Assembly (NCBI RefSeq): GCF_006345805.1
Contig: NW_021833668.1
Location: 1-56,621 of the forward strand
Reading direction: 5' to 3'
Source: Octopus sinensis
Taxonomy: Eukaryota
Length of the DNA stretch: 56,621 nt
This document shows positions 36,548-51,659 of the stretch, in pieces (position 1 is the stretch's first letter; each line of letters opens with the position of its first letter). Below the pieces are notes generated by a model. That model was given only the letters and a program-made list of their open reading frames with translations, made no database searches and was not told the DNA's origin. The translations under genes and the position numbers were made by a program.

Positions 36548-38093
36548 CAGCAATTTGGAGAGATGGTTAGTAAAGGCATCGCGACCGCGTGTTGGTGGTA
36601 AGAATGGCTCTTGACCATTTCTTTGAGGTGAAACACGAAAGATGCATTGTGAGATCTAAAGTCCGTGCGCTAAAACATGAAGAAAATAAAGCTGTCCGAT
36701 GGGCTCCAACAATAGAGACACTACGTGGAAACCACACCACAATTAGGTCTTTGATAGATCATGATGGGCGTGTGCTACTCGGTTCTGAGTAGATGTATGT
36801 GGCTTTCCAGCAGCACTTTGCGCGGCTCTTCGGGAAGGGTGATGGGTCGACGACAATAGCGAACTTTACTTCGTACCTGGACGGCTTACCGCGGTTCTCG
36901 GTAGCAGACGTGCAACTCTGCGAAAAGCCGACTACAGCGACAGAAATACTGGGGGCGATGAGCGATTGCACAAGTTGCAAATCGCCAGGTGTGGCTGGTA
37001 TGCCTATCAATTCCATGTACTCATGCCATATTTCTTTGACAGCCTCTTGGCAGACATTTACAGTAACTGGCAGGAGAATGGGAGATGTCCTATAGTTATT
37101 AGCCGGAGTGCGGTATCGCTGCTGGAAAGGACATCGACAATGGCTACGCGCTGGAGAATTTTCGGCCCATAACTCTGCTAAACACAGTTTAAGATTTTGC
37201 CCAAGTTCTTAGCGAAAAGGTTGGCGCTTGTCGCCGGTAGTCCGGTCGGGGAGACACAAATATGCGCAATCCCGAACATGTCTAACAACGACAATCTCCA
37301 TCTTATGTGATACATTGTAGAGAGGGCTGGAACTAAAGTTGGCTTCGGTTGGGCCCTGTTGAATTTAGATCAGTTGAATGCTTTCGATACGGTCGACGAT
37401 TGCCACTTGGAAGCCGTCCTTAGGGCGATCGGTTTCGGGCCCGTTTTCCGAGACTGAATTGCTACAATGCACAGCGGCATCTGCTAAGTTGCAAAGTAAA
37501 CGGCCACCTATCGGAACTGTTTCGCATTGCATATTAGACCCGTCAGGGCTGCCCATTGTCCTCTATTCTCTATGTGTTGGCTCTCGAGCCACTACTGCAG
37601 AAGTTGGAACAGTCAAGAGGCGTTCGCATCGAAACTGAGCTCGGGAGGGCAGTGTCAGCGTACACGGACGACCTCACCGTCATTGTGTCGGACGCCTCCG
37701 AAGTGGAGACGGTCGGCTCAGTTGTAAAGGAATATGGATCGGTTGGCCACAAATTTGTGGGATTGCGACTCGGTACATGAAGAGGCAGTTCGAAGGCGTC
37801 GGACGGCGTTGTCAGTCGCTGGACTGACGGACCATAAACTGTTCGGGGTCTGGTTCAGTCCCAACCTCCAGGTGAATAAGAATTGGGATGAGGTGACGAT
37901 CAGGGTACCAGTCGCACCCAGAAATGGGCTCAGAGGAAGTTGTTCCTGAAAGGTCGGGTAGAGGTGGCAAACACCCGTCATCATTCATCGTCTGACTGTC
38001 GTGCCTCATTCCAGTTGCTGTTTGATTACATTTAAGCGTCCCTTTATCTTGTGGAAGGGACGGGTTCCAATGGTCAAGAGCTCCCTATTCATG
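36548..38093 (+). mobile_element. L1/Tx1-clade LINE ORF2 fragment (linker plus RT)
   Basis: KSPG, NWQENG, FRPITLLN, NLDQLNAFD, PLSPFL-like and SAYTDD motifs across frameshifts. Confidence 0.85.
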
Positions 38094-38199
38094 GCAGCTT
38101 AGGCATGGCATGGCTTTTGATGCACGGACAGGCACCCATGTCCCTCCTCTATTTCTAGAACTATTTCTAGAAGATGAACATGTGTGGGCTCCGTTTGTG

Positions 38200-38595
38200 A
38201 GACAGAACCGTTAGCGCCCCGGGCGAAATGCTTAGCAGTATTTTGTCTGTCGTTACGTTCTGAGTTCAAATTCCACCGAGGTCGACTTTGCCTTTCATCC
38301 TTTCGGGGTCGATAAATTAAGTACCAGTTACGCAATGGGGTCGATGTAATCGACTTAATCCCTTTGTCTGTCCTTGTTCGTCTCCTCCGTGTTTAGCCCA
38401 TTGTGGGTAGTAAAGAAATAGGTATTTCGCCCGTCGCTAAGTTCCGAGTTCAAATTCCGCCGAGTTCGACTTTGCGTTACATACTTTCGGGGCCGATAAA
38501 TTGAGTACCAGGTGCATACTGGAGTCGATGTAATCGACTAGTCAGTCCTCTCCCCACCAAATTCGAGGCCTTGTGCCCACAGTAGAAAGGATTAT
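38200..38595 (+). mobile_element. Two tandem OK-like SINEs
   Basis: GAGTTCAAATTCC..GTCGATAAATT.AGTACCAG appears twice. Confidence 0.85.
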
Positions 38596-38964
38596 AATTG
38601 TTATTGTTATCATTTATAAATCAGAAACCAGTGTAATCATTGTTGTTGTTGTTGATGTTGTTACCTCGTCATCATAATCAGCATTAGCATCATAATCATC
38701 ACGATGTTGATGATAATGATGACCATCCTTATCCTCACCACCACCGCCACCAACACAACCATCATCATCATCATCATCATCACCACTTCATTTTACTTTA
38801 TTTTTCTTTTGTTTAATTTGTTTTTTAAATAATTCATTTTGATTTCCCGATTACAAATGATTAGGGATATGATTCGCTTCGATCATCTTTCACACTTGAA
38901 CATCGATAATTTCATAATTATAAGCACGACTAGACCATCGTGTCTTTTCTCCAATACACACACG

Positions 38965-39043
<79 letters not shown>

Positions 39044-39739
39044 TATACTTATATATATATATATGTGTGTGTGTGTGTATATAGATATATACATTTATAT
39101 ATGTATATATATGTATGCGTATATATATATATATATATATATAGTATATATATATATGTATGTGTATGTATGTGTATACATATGTATATACATGTATATG
39201 CATGTGTGTATATGATATATATATATACATATATATGCTGATATATACACCATCCCTATATTTACATACGCGCACACATACAGAATCACACTCTTACAAA
39301 ATCTCAATCATGATTTTGCAATTTATGAATTATATGTGTTCCGTTTATCACATCGTAATTTCTATTTATTCTAATACATACATACATACATACAAAGATA
39401 TGTATATGTGCGTATGTATGTGTATATATATATGTATATATATATATATATATATATTATTTATTTATCTACCGTCGTTACTTTATTCCCGTTCATATTA
39501 TTTCATTATATGATTCTTATATAAATTCTCCCTCGCTGTTGCTGTTTTATCTAATCAACAATTAATTAATTATTAACTCATTTTCATGTCATTTGATTTT
39601 CCTTTCGTCACTCGCTTCTAATGAAATGTCATTCTACGTGTGACTGTGTGATGACAAGATTTAGTTCCGCCATTTCCACCCTCGTTCGCCACTCCATTCT
39701 TCAATCCCTCCCTCACTATCTTTCTTCATTTCATTTCTT

Positions 39740-40450
39740 CTCCTTCTTCTCTCTCTCTCTCTCTTTCTTTCTTTCGTGTTGTTTCCTTTCTTTTGTTTTT
39801 TTATATTTTATTTGCGTATTTTCCTTATTTCTTTATTTCTCTCATTCTCTCCTTCCTTCTTTTACTTCTCTTGTTATTTCACTGCTTGTTTGTTTCCTTC
39901 AGTCCTTTTCATTCTTTCTTTCTTTCTTTCTTTCTTCGTTTCATTCATTCTTCTTTCTTTCTTTCTTTCTTTCATTCTTCTTTCCTTCCTTCCTTCATTC
40001 ATTCTTCCTTTCTTTCTTTCTTTCTTTCTTTCTTCCTTTCTTTCTTTTTCTTTTTTTCTTCCTTCCTTTCTTTCTTACTTTCTTCCTTCCTTTCATTCTT
40101 TCTTTCTTTCTTGCTTTCTTTCTTCCTTTCTTTCTTTCCTTCTTTATTTCTTTCTTTTTTCCTTCTTTCCTTCTCCCTTTCTTTCTTTCTTTCTTCCTTT
40201 GCTTCTTTCTTTCTTCCTTTCTTCCTTCCTTCCTTTCTTTCCTTCTACCTTTCTTTATTTCTTTCTTTCATCCTTACTTTCTTTCTTTGCTTTTTCCTTT
40301 CTTCCTTTCTTTCCTTCTACCTTTCTTTCTTTCTTTCTTCCTTCCTTCCTTTCTTTCCTTCTCCCTTTCTTTCTTCCTTCCTTTCTTCCTTTCTTCCTTT
40401 CTTTCTTTCTTCATTTGTCTCTCTTTTCTGTTGTTCTTCCATCGTTTTTC
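39740..40450. repeat. (TTTC/TTCC)n polypyrimidine tract
   Basis: Direct reading; source of the F/L/S ORFs. Confidence 0.95.
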
Positions 40451-41694
40451 CTTTTCCAAATAAAGGCAGATATTTCAGCTCCAATGTCTTAGTTTGAAAA
40501 TGAAACTCTTCTTCCCACAAACGCACACTTATACTCGTCTGTCTGTCTGCCTGTCTGTCTGCCTGCCTGCCTGTCTGTCTGTCTATCTATCCCTCTCTCT
40601 TTCTCTCTCTCTATCTATATACGTATATATAAGCATCTATGTGCATCTACCCACACACGCACACACACACACATATATATATACATATACGCACGCACAC
40701 ACATATCTATGTATATATAGGTGTGTGTTTGGGCCTTAGTGTGTGTCGTGTATATGTGTGTATATACATACACATGCACACAAACAGACACATACACACA
40801 CTTACACACATGCGCGCACACACACTTACACACACGCGGGCTCGCACACACACACACACACATGCAAACACAGCTGAGTACACTGGACCAACCTGAAATG
40901 AATTGCCTTGCTGAAGGATGTGGTTTCGGGTTCAGTCCCACTGTGCGGCAACTTGGGTAGGTGTCTTCAGCTATAACACCAGGCTGAATGTGAGAGATGT
41001 GTAACTGAACCCCTCAGTTGCCAAAAAAAAAGAAATGGCTGCAACTGATAGGGAACGAAGGAACACTTGATCTTCATACGTGAACAAGAAGTTGGAGAAA
41101 CAGCGTTGGAGAAAAGAAGAAGGAAAAAGTTAAGGAATAAGAAGAAGGTGGTCGAGAGGGAGGTGAGATGAACAGATTAGGTGGGAGGGAATTAGAAATG
41201 GTTTAAGAAATTAAAAGATTGTGTAGGGGTAGAGGGAAAACGTTCATTGAAATCTGTATGGGAGATATGGCCAAGTTCGAATATGAATCTTTGTTCTCTA
41301 GTAAATGGATGGTTCTTGTTCCTTAATGCTGGCTTACTCCCCTTTATTAACGTTTCCGTCTGCAAACCTCCGTTTTACTTTGTGTAAACCAATATCCCCC
41401 CTGTTCCTAAATAGGCGATCGCTGAGACACACCAACCATCTACGAGGCAATATCAGTGTTAAAGCATTCGAATGTCTGTCTCCGTTCATCGCTGCAACGT
41501 AACCTTCTCCACCATGGTTCTTCACAGCCGTCTTCTTTTACAAAATTCTTCGTATACAAGCATCCATTTTAAGCAGCCAATGATCCGACGTGGCCAACAC
41601 ATGGCATCTTGGTGAAGTAACAAAACCTGTGGTTGTAGAAACATTGATAATGGTGTTCACATAATTAATGATATTATCTACTTATTTATTTATG

Positions 41695-41935
41695 CGCCCT
41701 ATTCAAGCCTAGGCAGGCTCATGGTCCCGGTTTCCCGGTTTCTGTGGCGTATGTGTCCCCACCAGTCCATCACAGCGTTACCCAAGAAACAGGAAGACAG
41801 TGAGAGAAAGTTGGGGTGAAAGAGTACAACAGGGGTCACCACCACCCCCTGCCGGAACCTCGTGGAGCTTTAGGTGTTTTCTCTCAATAAACACACACAA
41901 CGCCCGGTCTGGGAATCGAAACTGCGATTGCGCCT
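41695..41935 (-). mobile_element. OR1-like SINE, tail type 3
   Basis: Reverse complement of GTTTCGATTCCCAGACCGGGCGTTG..AAACACCTAAAGCTCC with a third tail. Confidence 0.75.
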
Positions 41936-42249
41936 CCACTAATTAATGATGTATAACATTACACACGATTAAGTATTAATTTAATCGCATATTATCTTAA
42001 TCCATTCTATACTTAAAAGATCGTTGAACTGCTGCGAGTATAGATTTTTGCAATGAAACTAAGGAGAACAGAAGCAAACGCTGACAAACAGCTCAAAGAT
42101 CTTAGGAAGGGCACAACATTAAAGTGGTTCACAAATTGCCCAAATTTTGCATCTATTCTCACGTATACAGCTATATAAAAGGGTAAAGAACTCCTTCGGC
42201 CAAGAATGAGCATGGGATAGCAACTAGAAAGTTCCTCTCAGAGTTACGA

Positions 42250-42520
42250 ATCCGGACAAAGTCGTGTATGGAAGACCAGCAGTCGCCCATGCATACCAGA
42301 CATCCTTCTTCCACACCACTGATGTTATCCTAGGGAAAAAGGCAACGGGGCCGATACAGCTTGGCACCAGTGACGTCATAACTTATTTCTACAGCTGAGT
42401 GAAGTGAAGCAACGGGAAATAAAGTGTCTTGCTCAAGAACACAACACACAGCCCGGTCCGGGATCGAACTCACTAGCCTCCTGTTTGTGAGCCCGATCCT
42501 TTAAACACTGAGCCATGCGG
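42250..42520 (-). mobile_element. CORE-type tRNA SINE
   Basis: AAAGTGTCTTGCTCAAGAACACAAC..GATCGAACTC. Confidence 0.65.
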
Positions 42521-42765
42521 ATTCAACACAGTTACATAGGCAAACACGAACGTAACACGCGCTCAATTCTGCAGCACTGGCCAAGATGGAGCAATGGCTA
42601 GTACATTTTAGTTGGTGATATGGTCTTAAGTGGATACCGGCAAGATTAGAACGCATGACAAAGGGACGTAGATAAATAACGCATTTTGCGCGCGCGCGCA
42701 CGTGTGTGCGTATATATACAAACATATATACATACATATATTATTTTATTCTTTATTTTTTCTTT

Positions 42766-42980
42766 GATTTGTTCCAGTTATTTGACTGCGGCCATGCTGG
42801 AGCACCGCCTTTATTCAAACAAATCCACCCCAGGACTTATTCTTTGTAAGCCTAGTACTTATTCTATCGGTCACTTCTGCCGAACCACTATGTTACGGGG
42901 ATGTAAACACACAAGCATCGGTTGTCAAGCGACGGGGGCGGGCAAACACAGACACGGACACGCACACATATATATATGTA

Positions 42981-43014
<34 letters not shown>

Positions 43015-43186
43015 CTATATATATATTATATATATATCTATATATATAGTATATGCGGGTTTTCTTTCAGTTTCCGTCTACCGAGGCCATAGTAAAAGAC
43101 ACTTGCCCAAGGTGTCACGCAGTGGGACTGAACCTAGAACCATGCGGTTAGTAAGCAAGCTACTTACCACACAGCCACACCTGCGC
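42766..43186 (-). mobile_element. Near full-length OR2-like SINE
   Basis: Collinear with the 14792 copy. Confidence 0.88.
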
Positions 43187-43591
43187 ACCTACACACACAC
43201 ATATACCTACAATTATATATATATGTATATATATATATATATATATATACATGAATGTGTGTGTAGGATTACATTCACACACATACAGGCACACACACAC
43301 ACATATATACATACATAATATATATGTATGTGTATATGCATATGTAGATATATATTTATACGTATATGTAAATGCATGAACACATAAAGACGCACACACA
43401 CAGACACACACAAACGCACACAGAGATTTATAGATACGCATATACTTACATATACACATATATATATACACACACACGTATAATCTATTTATCTGCTGAA
43501 ATCAGGATTACAGATTCACTTAACACCAAATAATATAATAGCACTCAAGATTTAGCATGCTAATATATCCCTATATATATAATATATATAT

Positions 43592-43679
<88 letters not shown>

Positions 43680-43700
43680 GATATATGTATGTATTATATA

Positions 43701-43738
<38 letters not shown>

Positions 43739-44234
43739 CATGGCACATACATACACATGATGTATGTATGTGTTTATATATATATACATTATATATAGAT
43801 ATATAGGAATATGCGTGTGCCTATTTATATATATATATATACATACATTCATGTATATATGTATGTATATTGTAAATGTATATATATATATATACATTCA
43901 TATATATATTTATGTATGTATATTGTAAATGTATGCAGCAGGTCTTTATTAAGCGAGTGTATAATATGTGCAGCTGAGCACTTGTCATCATAATAAGTTA
44001 ATGTTCTGAAATTGGCGAACTCAATTCTTTAATGGTCTGTAATTAAAAGACTGTTGCTCATACAATAGATGAAGGAGAATCGTAAATATGGCATAAAGCA
44101 CTGCTACATTTCACCAGCGATCTTTTATTATAGGAACAAATTTCTTGAACACGCAGACACAACAGACATATACAGATGCAGGAGCACACGGACAGAGAAA
44201 CGCAGATATACCTATATACCTATATATATATATA

Positions 44235-44317
<83 letters not shown>

Positions 44318-44559
44318 CAATAAACGGTTTAGCAACGAATTGCCTTACCACATACCGAATTTAGAAATAGCAGTCAAAGAGTTTATAGCTATTTCTTCTA
44401 CTAAAAGGGAGATCTCAGTAAAAACAGCAATTGGAAGGCAGACACAAACAGGTAGAGAAGAATGAATTGACGGCAATCTATCATACATTTTAAGTTATCT
44501 ACGCATTATATATATTCATTATATATATTATATATATTATATATATATATATATATATA

Positions 44560-44593
<34 letters not shown>

Positions 44594-44874
44594 ATAATAT
44601 ATATATATATATATATATGTGTGTTGTGTGGGGTGTGTATGTATGTATGATGCATATATACAGAAATGCAAAGACATACAAACATATACGCGTACATAAC
44701 ATTCAGGAGATAATAAGAAAACTACACGCATACAGATATATGGTGGTTTACACAATTACATAAGCACGCAAAAGTATTGGCTTACACACTCACACACACA
44801 CCCTCATATGTATATGTGTGTATCTGTCTGTGTGTTTGTCTGTCTGCCTGCCTGTCTCTCTGTCAGTATGTCTG

Positions 44875-44921
<47 letters not shown>

Positions 44922-45305
44922 TGTGGAACCTGTCCCATCCTGCTTGAAAGCTCGGATTTCCTTTTCAAACAGGGACAGGGGTTCACAATTAAAACTAGTT
45001 TCACCTGTGCCTCTGAGAACCTAATTTATGTAATAATCTGCTCGGGTTGCGGGCACCACTATATTCGACAAACGAGTATGACCTTGAGAAGGAGAACCAC
45101 TCTACATAAGGAGCAAATCCGTTTTCCGCAATACAGACAAATTCCTCTCAGTGAACATATATAAAAATGTGCAGGTAACATCAAGCCAAATTTCAAAGTC
45201 TTCCCTTTCTACCAGAGCAAAGACGCAATCTCTCAAATAGAACGTTTAAATAAAGAAACTTTTTTCATTGAAAAATACAAAACACGTCTTAATATGCATG
45301 CATAA
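44922..45305 (+). mobile_element. Penelope-like element GIY-YIG endonuclease fragment
   Basis: CGTC...FTCASENLIYVIICSGCGHHYIRQT..LRRR..H..HI*..E..FI; GIY-YIG with Cys motifs, one internal stop, abuts (TA)n. Confidence 0.85.
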
Positions 45306-45565
45306 CCAACTTTTATCTTTTTACATATTTCAATTCACGACTACATCACTGTACATAAATCCCCTACTAAACAAGGTTTTTCAAACTTGTCTCTGTCTAT
45401 ACACATATATAATCCCCACCCATTACCGAAAGCTGAACAATTATCTCCCTTACCCACAACAATAACAATAATAACAACAATCAATTACCTCCCTTTATTC
45501 ATCTACATGCGAAGTCATTCACTCGGGAATTTCATCACTCGGAACCACGTGGTTGGTAAGCAGGC

Positions 45566-45645
<80 letters not shown>

Positions 45646-45658
45646 ATAATAAATTAAT

Positions 45659-45985
45659 ATGATGGATATAGAAAAATAGCACAGTACCAGGACCTAGCTA
45701 TTGAATTATAGAGACTTATCGGGTATCTGTGGGCAAAGTGTATCCCAGCATTATAGGCGCATGGGGAACTATCGCTAAACATCTGAACAGATGGAAACAG
45801 GAAATAGGCATAAGACCCAGCTTAGTACAGCTGCAGAAAAAAGTGTTATTAGGGACAGCTAGAATACTTAGGAGGGTTCTTGCCATCTAAGGTAACCCAG
45901 TAGGAGGGTTCTTGGGATCTAAGGTTGCCTGTTGTAGGCTGATGTTAGGATTCTTTTCTTCCCCAGCAGTCTAATCTGCTGAGTG

Positions 45986-45990
<5 letters not shown>
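45659..45990 (+). mobile_element. R4/Dong-like LINE 3' end embedded in (TAA)n
   Basis: YQDLAIEL..IIGAWGTI..LQKKVLLGTARILRRVLAI*, short UTR, (TAA)n on both sides. Confidence 0.85.
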
Positions 45991-46072
<82 letters not shown>

Positions 46073-46085
46073 TGATGATGATGAT

Positions 46086-46124
<39 letters not shown>

Positions 46125-46180
46125 GTGATGATGGTGATGATTTATGAGATGATGAGATGATGATGATGATGATGATGATG

Positions 46181-46231
<51 letters not shown>

Positions 46232-46327
46232 TTTTGATCCCTGGAAAACCAGCAATCTATCAAAATCATAAAATTGTATTGATATCAACCGCCCATATTC
46301 TCAGGAAGATTCTCTCCAACTAATATA

Positions 46328-46847
46328 CCGTAAATCCTCGAGTATAGTCCACCCTTGAGTATAATACACAGGGGATTTTTAGGGGTCTGTACCTCTGAAA
46401 AACCTATACCTAGTGTATAATACGCACCCCTTCTCTAACTTGAGTCGTCCATAATTAAGCTAGTAGCACCTAGTCGAAGAAACACTTCTGTGCATGCATA
46501 ATACAATAATGGTGATGTTATTAACTGTTATATGGGAATGTAAATATATTTACAAATTGTTTCTGTTACATGTTATTCTGTATTCTGAATATTCTTTTAA
46601 ATAAATGTTGCTTACTGCAAGTTATGGATGATTCTGTTAGGACTTCATTGCTTTCAGACTTAGCTTAATGTATTTTCACGCCCGACATCACAAAATGCGT
46701 CTGAATAAACATTGCCGGGCAGCAAATAGAGACTCAGACATTGCTTAGAAAATATTTTTCATTTTTAACCTCGTATATAGTACGCACTAGGGACTTTGAC
46801 CTTTAAATTTTGGGGGGAAAATGCGGATTATACTCGAGGATTTACGG
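46328..46847. mobile_element. 520-bp MITE (Tc1/pogo type)
   Basis: TIR CCGTAAATCCTCGAGTATA at both ends, TA flanks. Confidence 0.9.
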
Positions 46848-47249
46848 TATACCTGCTTTAGGTTTCTGGTTGAGACGCGGTCGGAAGATGAAATAAAATG
46901 CAAATTAATCGGAAAATAACAACAACAACAGCAACTGCAATTTGATATAGAATGGTAGCTGTAATAAAGATACAACAACAACAGCAGCAGCAGCAGCAGT
47001 AACAGCAACAATGTGACTCACAACTAGTCTTCAGAATGAACGATGCCTACAACAGCAACATCAGGAATAACAACAACAAACAGCAACATGACTCACAAGT
47101 AAAACGACACCTATCGGAAACACCAAAGGTAATGTATAACGATGACTACAATGACAACAACAACAATAATTATGGCTGTAATTCTAAAAAGAACAATATT
47201 TCTAATAACAACATGAGCGAAACTAACAGTAATAGCAAGATTAACAGCG

Positions 47250-47389
47250 GCAATAATATAATAATATAATAATAATAATAATAATAATAATAGAATAATA
47301 ATAATAATAATATAATCATAATAATAATAACAATAATAATAATAATAATAACAATATAATAATAATATAATAATAATTATAATAACAAC

Positions 47390-47426
<37 letters not shown>

Positions 47427-47608
47427 CTAATAATAAAATAATAATAATAATAATAATAATATAATAAACAATAATAATAATAATAATAATAATAACAACA
47501 ATCATAATAATAATAATAATATAATAATGCTAATAATAATAAAATAATAATAATAATAATAATAATACAACAAACTAATAATAATAACAACAATAATAAT
47601 AATAATAA

Positions 47609-47640
<32 letters not shown>

Positions 47641-47692
47641 TAATATAATAATAATAACAATAATAATAATAATAATAATTATAATAACAACA

Positions 47693-47723
<31 letters not shown>

Positions 47724-47791
47724 GCTAAAATAATAATAATAATAAAATATATAATAATAACAATAATAATAATAATAATAATAATAACAAC

Positions 47792-47822
<31 letters not shown>

Positions 47823-47823
47823 C

Positions 47824-47857
<34 letters not shown>

Positions 47858-47949
47858 TAAAACAATAATAATAATAATAACAATAATAATAATAAAAGAA
47901 TAAAAAAGAATAACCAACAATTAATAATAATAATAATAATAATATAATG

Positions 47950-47991
<42 letters not shown>

Positions 47992-48097
47992 TAATAATAA
48001 TAAGAACAATAATAGTAATAATAATAATAATATTTAATAAGAATGATGATGATAATAATAATAATTAATAATAATAATGATAATAATAATAATAATG

Positions 48098-48147
<50 letters not shown>

Positions 48148-48170
48148 AATAATAATAATAGATATGATAA
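47250..48170. repeat. About 900-bp (AAT)n-rich tract
   Basis: Direct reading. Confidence 0.95.
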
Positions 48171-48719
48171 AAATAACTTATTTGCAATAAGGGCAAAAGA
48201 TGAGGGGACAATACAAAGACAGACATAGAGTGTGTGTGTGGGGAGGGGGTTACTTGGAATGAAATGATAAAATAATTAAATAACGAAGGAAAGAAAAAAG
48301 GAAAAAGAGACATAGAAAATCATTATCATCATAATCATCATCATCATCATGAAAATGTGATGTGATATTTGCCAAATTAAACCTTTGACATTTCCGTTGG
48401 AAAAGGGATCAGCGTCACTGACTCTGCTAACACATACTTATATAGGCCCCTACACACATAGACCTGTATAGATCTATGTATATATATGTGTGTGTGTGTG
48501 TGTGTGTGCGTGTGTTTGTGTGTGTGTATGTACACACGTACACACACACAAATGGATGTGTAAACATGTAAACAGTCATAGGTGTAGACTGATATAAATG
48601 CGAGTAAATAGCGACGTACGTGAAGAAACACGCACTCAATTATAAATGCCGATTTAATTTATTGTCTTCAACAACATCAGCACCATCAGCCTCACCTGTA
48701 GCAGCAGCAGCAGTACCAC

Positions 48720-49425
<706 letters not shown>

Positions 49426-50077
49426 ATGTTTTCAGTGGTGGGGGTCACCGCTGTCTAATTGCTCGATCGCACCATCAATTAGTTGAAAAAAAAACATGGT
49501 TTCTCTTCTTAACTCTTTCTTTTTATGCTGTTTGTTATTTGTCTTTTTTTCTTTACCTGTTTTTGACAATTTTGCTGATTTCCGTGAAAATAAATGTTAA
49601 ATACTTCACGAAACATTTGTAGACGAAATAATTAAATTGTCACACACACACACAAGTACATACATATATGTATGTGTGTGTGTGTGCATGTGTGTATATA
49701 TATAATATATATATATATATATTTATGATATATATATATATATATATATAAATACATACATATACATAGATAGATATATATGTGTGTGTGTGAGTGTATA
49801 TATAAATCCTTAAGTCCTTAAAAATGTTTTAGCCCGAAGGCCGCGGCCATGCTGGCGCATCACCGCTGTATATGTATGTATGTTTGCATGTATATGTTTA
49901 GAAATGTTTATCTACATGAAGAGAAACACCGGCCTACATATTAAGCGGCGCGAATTTGTAAATGGGTTCTGTTAAAAATTTCACAATATATGCATATATG
50001 AACACATGTAATTATATATGTATGTATGTGTATGTATGCATGCATGCATGTATGTATATTTACATATATACATGCAT

Positions 50078-50747
50078 GTATTACGGAGATGCTAGTAAGG
50101 TGAGAGTTGGCAACGATTACAGTGAAGAATTCCGGGTAGAGGTAGGGGTCCACCAAGTTTCAGTCCTCGGCCCCCTCCTATTTATCATAGTCCTCCAGGC
50201 AATAACAGAGGAATTCAAGACGGGATGCCCCTGGGAACTCCTCTATGCTGATGACCTTGCTCTAATTGCTGAATCCCTATCAGAACTGTAGGAGAAGTTT
50301 CAGGTGTGGAAGCAAGGATTAGAATCGAAGGGCCTTAGATTCAACCTAGCTAAAACCAAAGTCCTAATAAGTAGGAAGGTAGACAAATCACAAACGCCTT
50401 CAGGTAGATGGCCCTGCTCGATCTGTAGAAAAGGCGTAGGTAGAAACTTTATAAGATGCACCAAGTGTAAGCTATGGACACATAAGAGGTGCAGCAATGT
50501 CAAAGGAAGGCTAACTAGGAAAATAGTTTTTGTATGTGGCAGATGCTCAGGAACAATAAACACTGAAAATGCGCAGAGGCGAAAAACTAGAAATAGTTGA
50601 TAGATTCCGTTACCTAGGTGACCAAGTCAGTAGCAGAGGCGGGTGTGCTGAAAGTGTAACTGCTAGAGTAAGAATAGCTTGGGCAAAGTTCAGAGAGCTC
50701 TTACCTCTGCTTGTGACAAAAGGCCTCTCGCTCAGATTAAAAGGCCG
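50078..50747 (+). mobile_element. RTE-clade LINE RT fragment with a PHD-like finger
   Basis: GVHQVSVLGPLLF, LLYADDL, C4HC3 motif CSIC..RCTKC..HKRC..CGRC, FRYLGD. Confidence 0.88.
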
Positions 50748-50975
50748 GTGGCACGTAAATAGCACCATCCGATCGTGGCCGTTTGCCAGCCTCGTCTGGC
50801 ACGTAAAAGCACCCACTACACTCACGGAGTGGTTGGCGTTAGGAAGGGCATCCAGCCGTAGAAACATTGCCAGATCGGACTGGGCCTGGTGCAGCCTTCT
50901 GGCTTCACAGACCCCAGTTGAACCGTCCAGCATGGAAAGTAGACGCTAAACGATGATGATGATGATGATGATGAT
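50748..50975 (+). mobile_element. SINE/LINE 3' tail ending in (GAT)n
   Basis: GGTTGGCGTTAGGAAGGGCATCCAGCCGTAGAAAC (V-domain-like) followed by a tandem repeat tail. Confidence 0.6.
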
Positions 50976-50995
50976 GATATATATATATATGTATA

Positions 50996-51027
<32 letters not shown>

Positions 51028-51659
51028 CGTATATATGTATGTGTGTGTGTGTGTGCATATATACACATACATTTACATGCTTATATATATACATGCATAT
51101 ATGGGTACAGGATGTCAAGAAAAAGTGAACAAAAAGAGAAACGAGAACATAAAAGCAAAAGCATGGAAACCGAATTTATTTTCGAACAACGAAAGAAACA
51201 AATAGAGAAACGAGACAGGCAACATAAAGATTAATCCCTTTATCAGTTGTACCCTGCTTTTTTTACTCTGCGTTTCGAGGGTTATAGGTTGCGATTGGTA
51301 AATTGTCACCGTTTTATATTCTTCGCTTTGTTTGTTATGATTCTAGAAGTAAACAAGAAGTCTTGCCAAACGCAAGGTGCCCTGACAATGAAGATCCGGT
51401 CCATACTGAGGCCTCTTGTTTGTTTCGTTTGGCACGTTCTTCCTGAATCACTGGATTGCTGTGGCTGTCGCAACTTGGGTCCTTTACTAAATGTTGCCGG
51501 CTGAATGGACTATTGCAATTTGAAATGAGTGTCTTGCTCAAACACACAATGTATCACCCAGTCCAGGAATGGAACCCACAGTCTTACGATCATGAGTACA
51601 ACCCGCTAACCACTAAGCCACGGTCCTCTATTGGTCCTAGAAGAATGGTCTCTAAACAG

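Noticed and set aside
41215-41600. Possible LINE 3' remnant on the minus strand
   Set aside because: Too degenerate to call.
42013-42213. Possible exon on either strand
   Set aside because: Stop codons at the candidate boundaries; may be a LINE remnant.
51230-51300. Minus-strand GAAAC...CTGATAA as a permuted hammerhead
   Set aside because: Stem I does not form. The element (about 51100-51450, related to 29480) remains unclassified.
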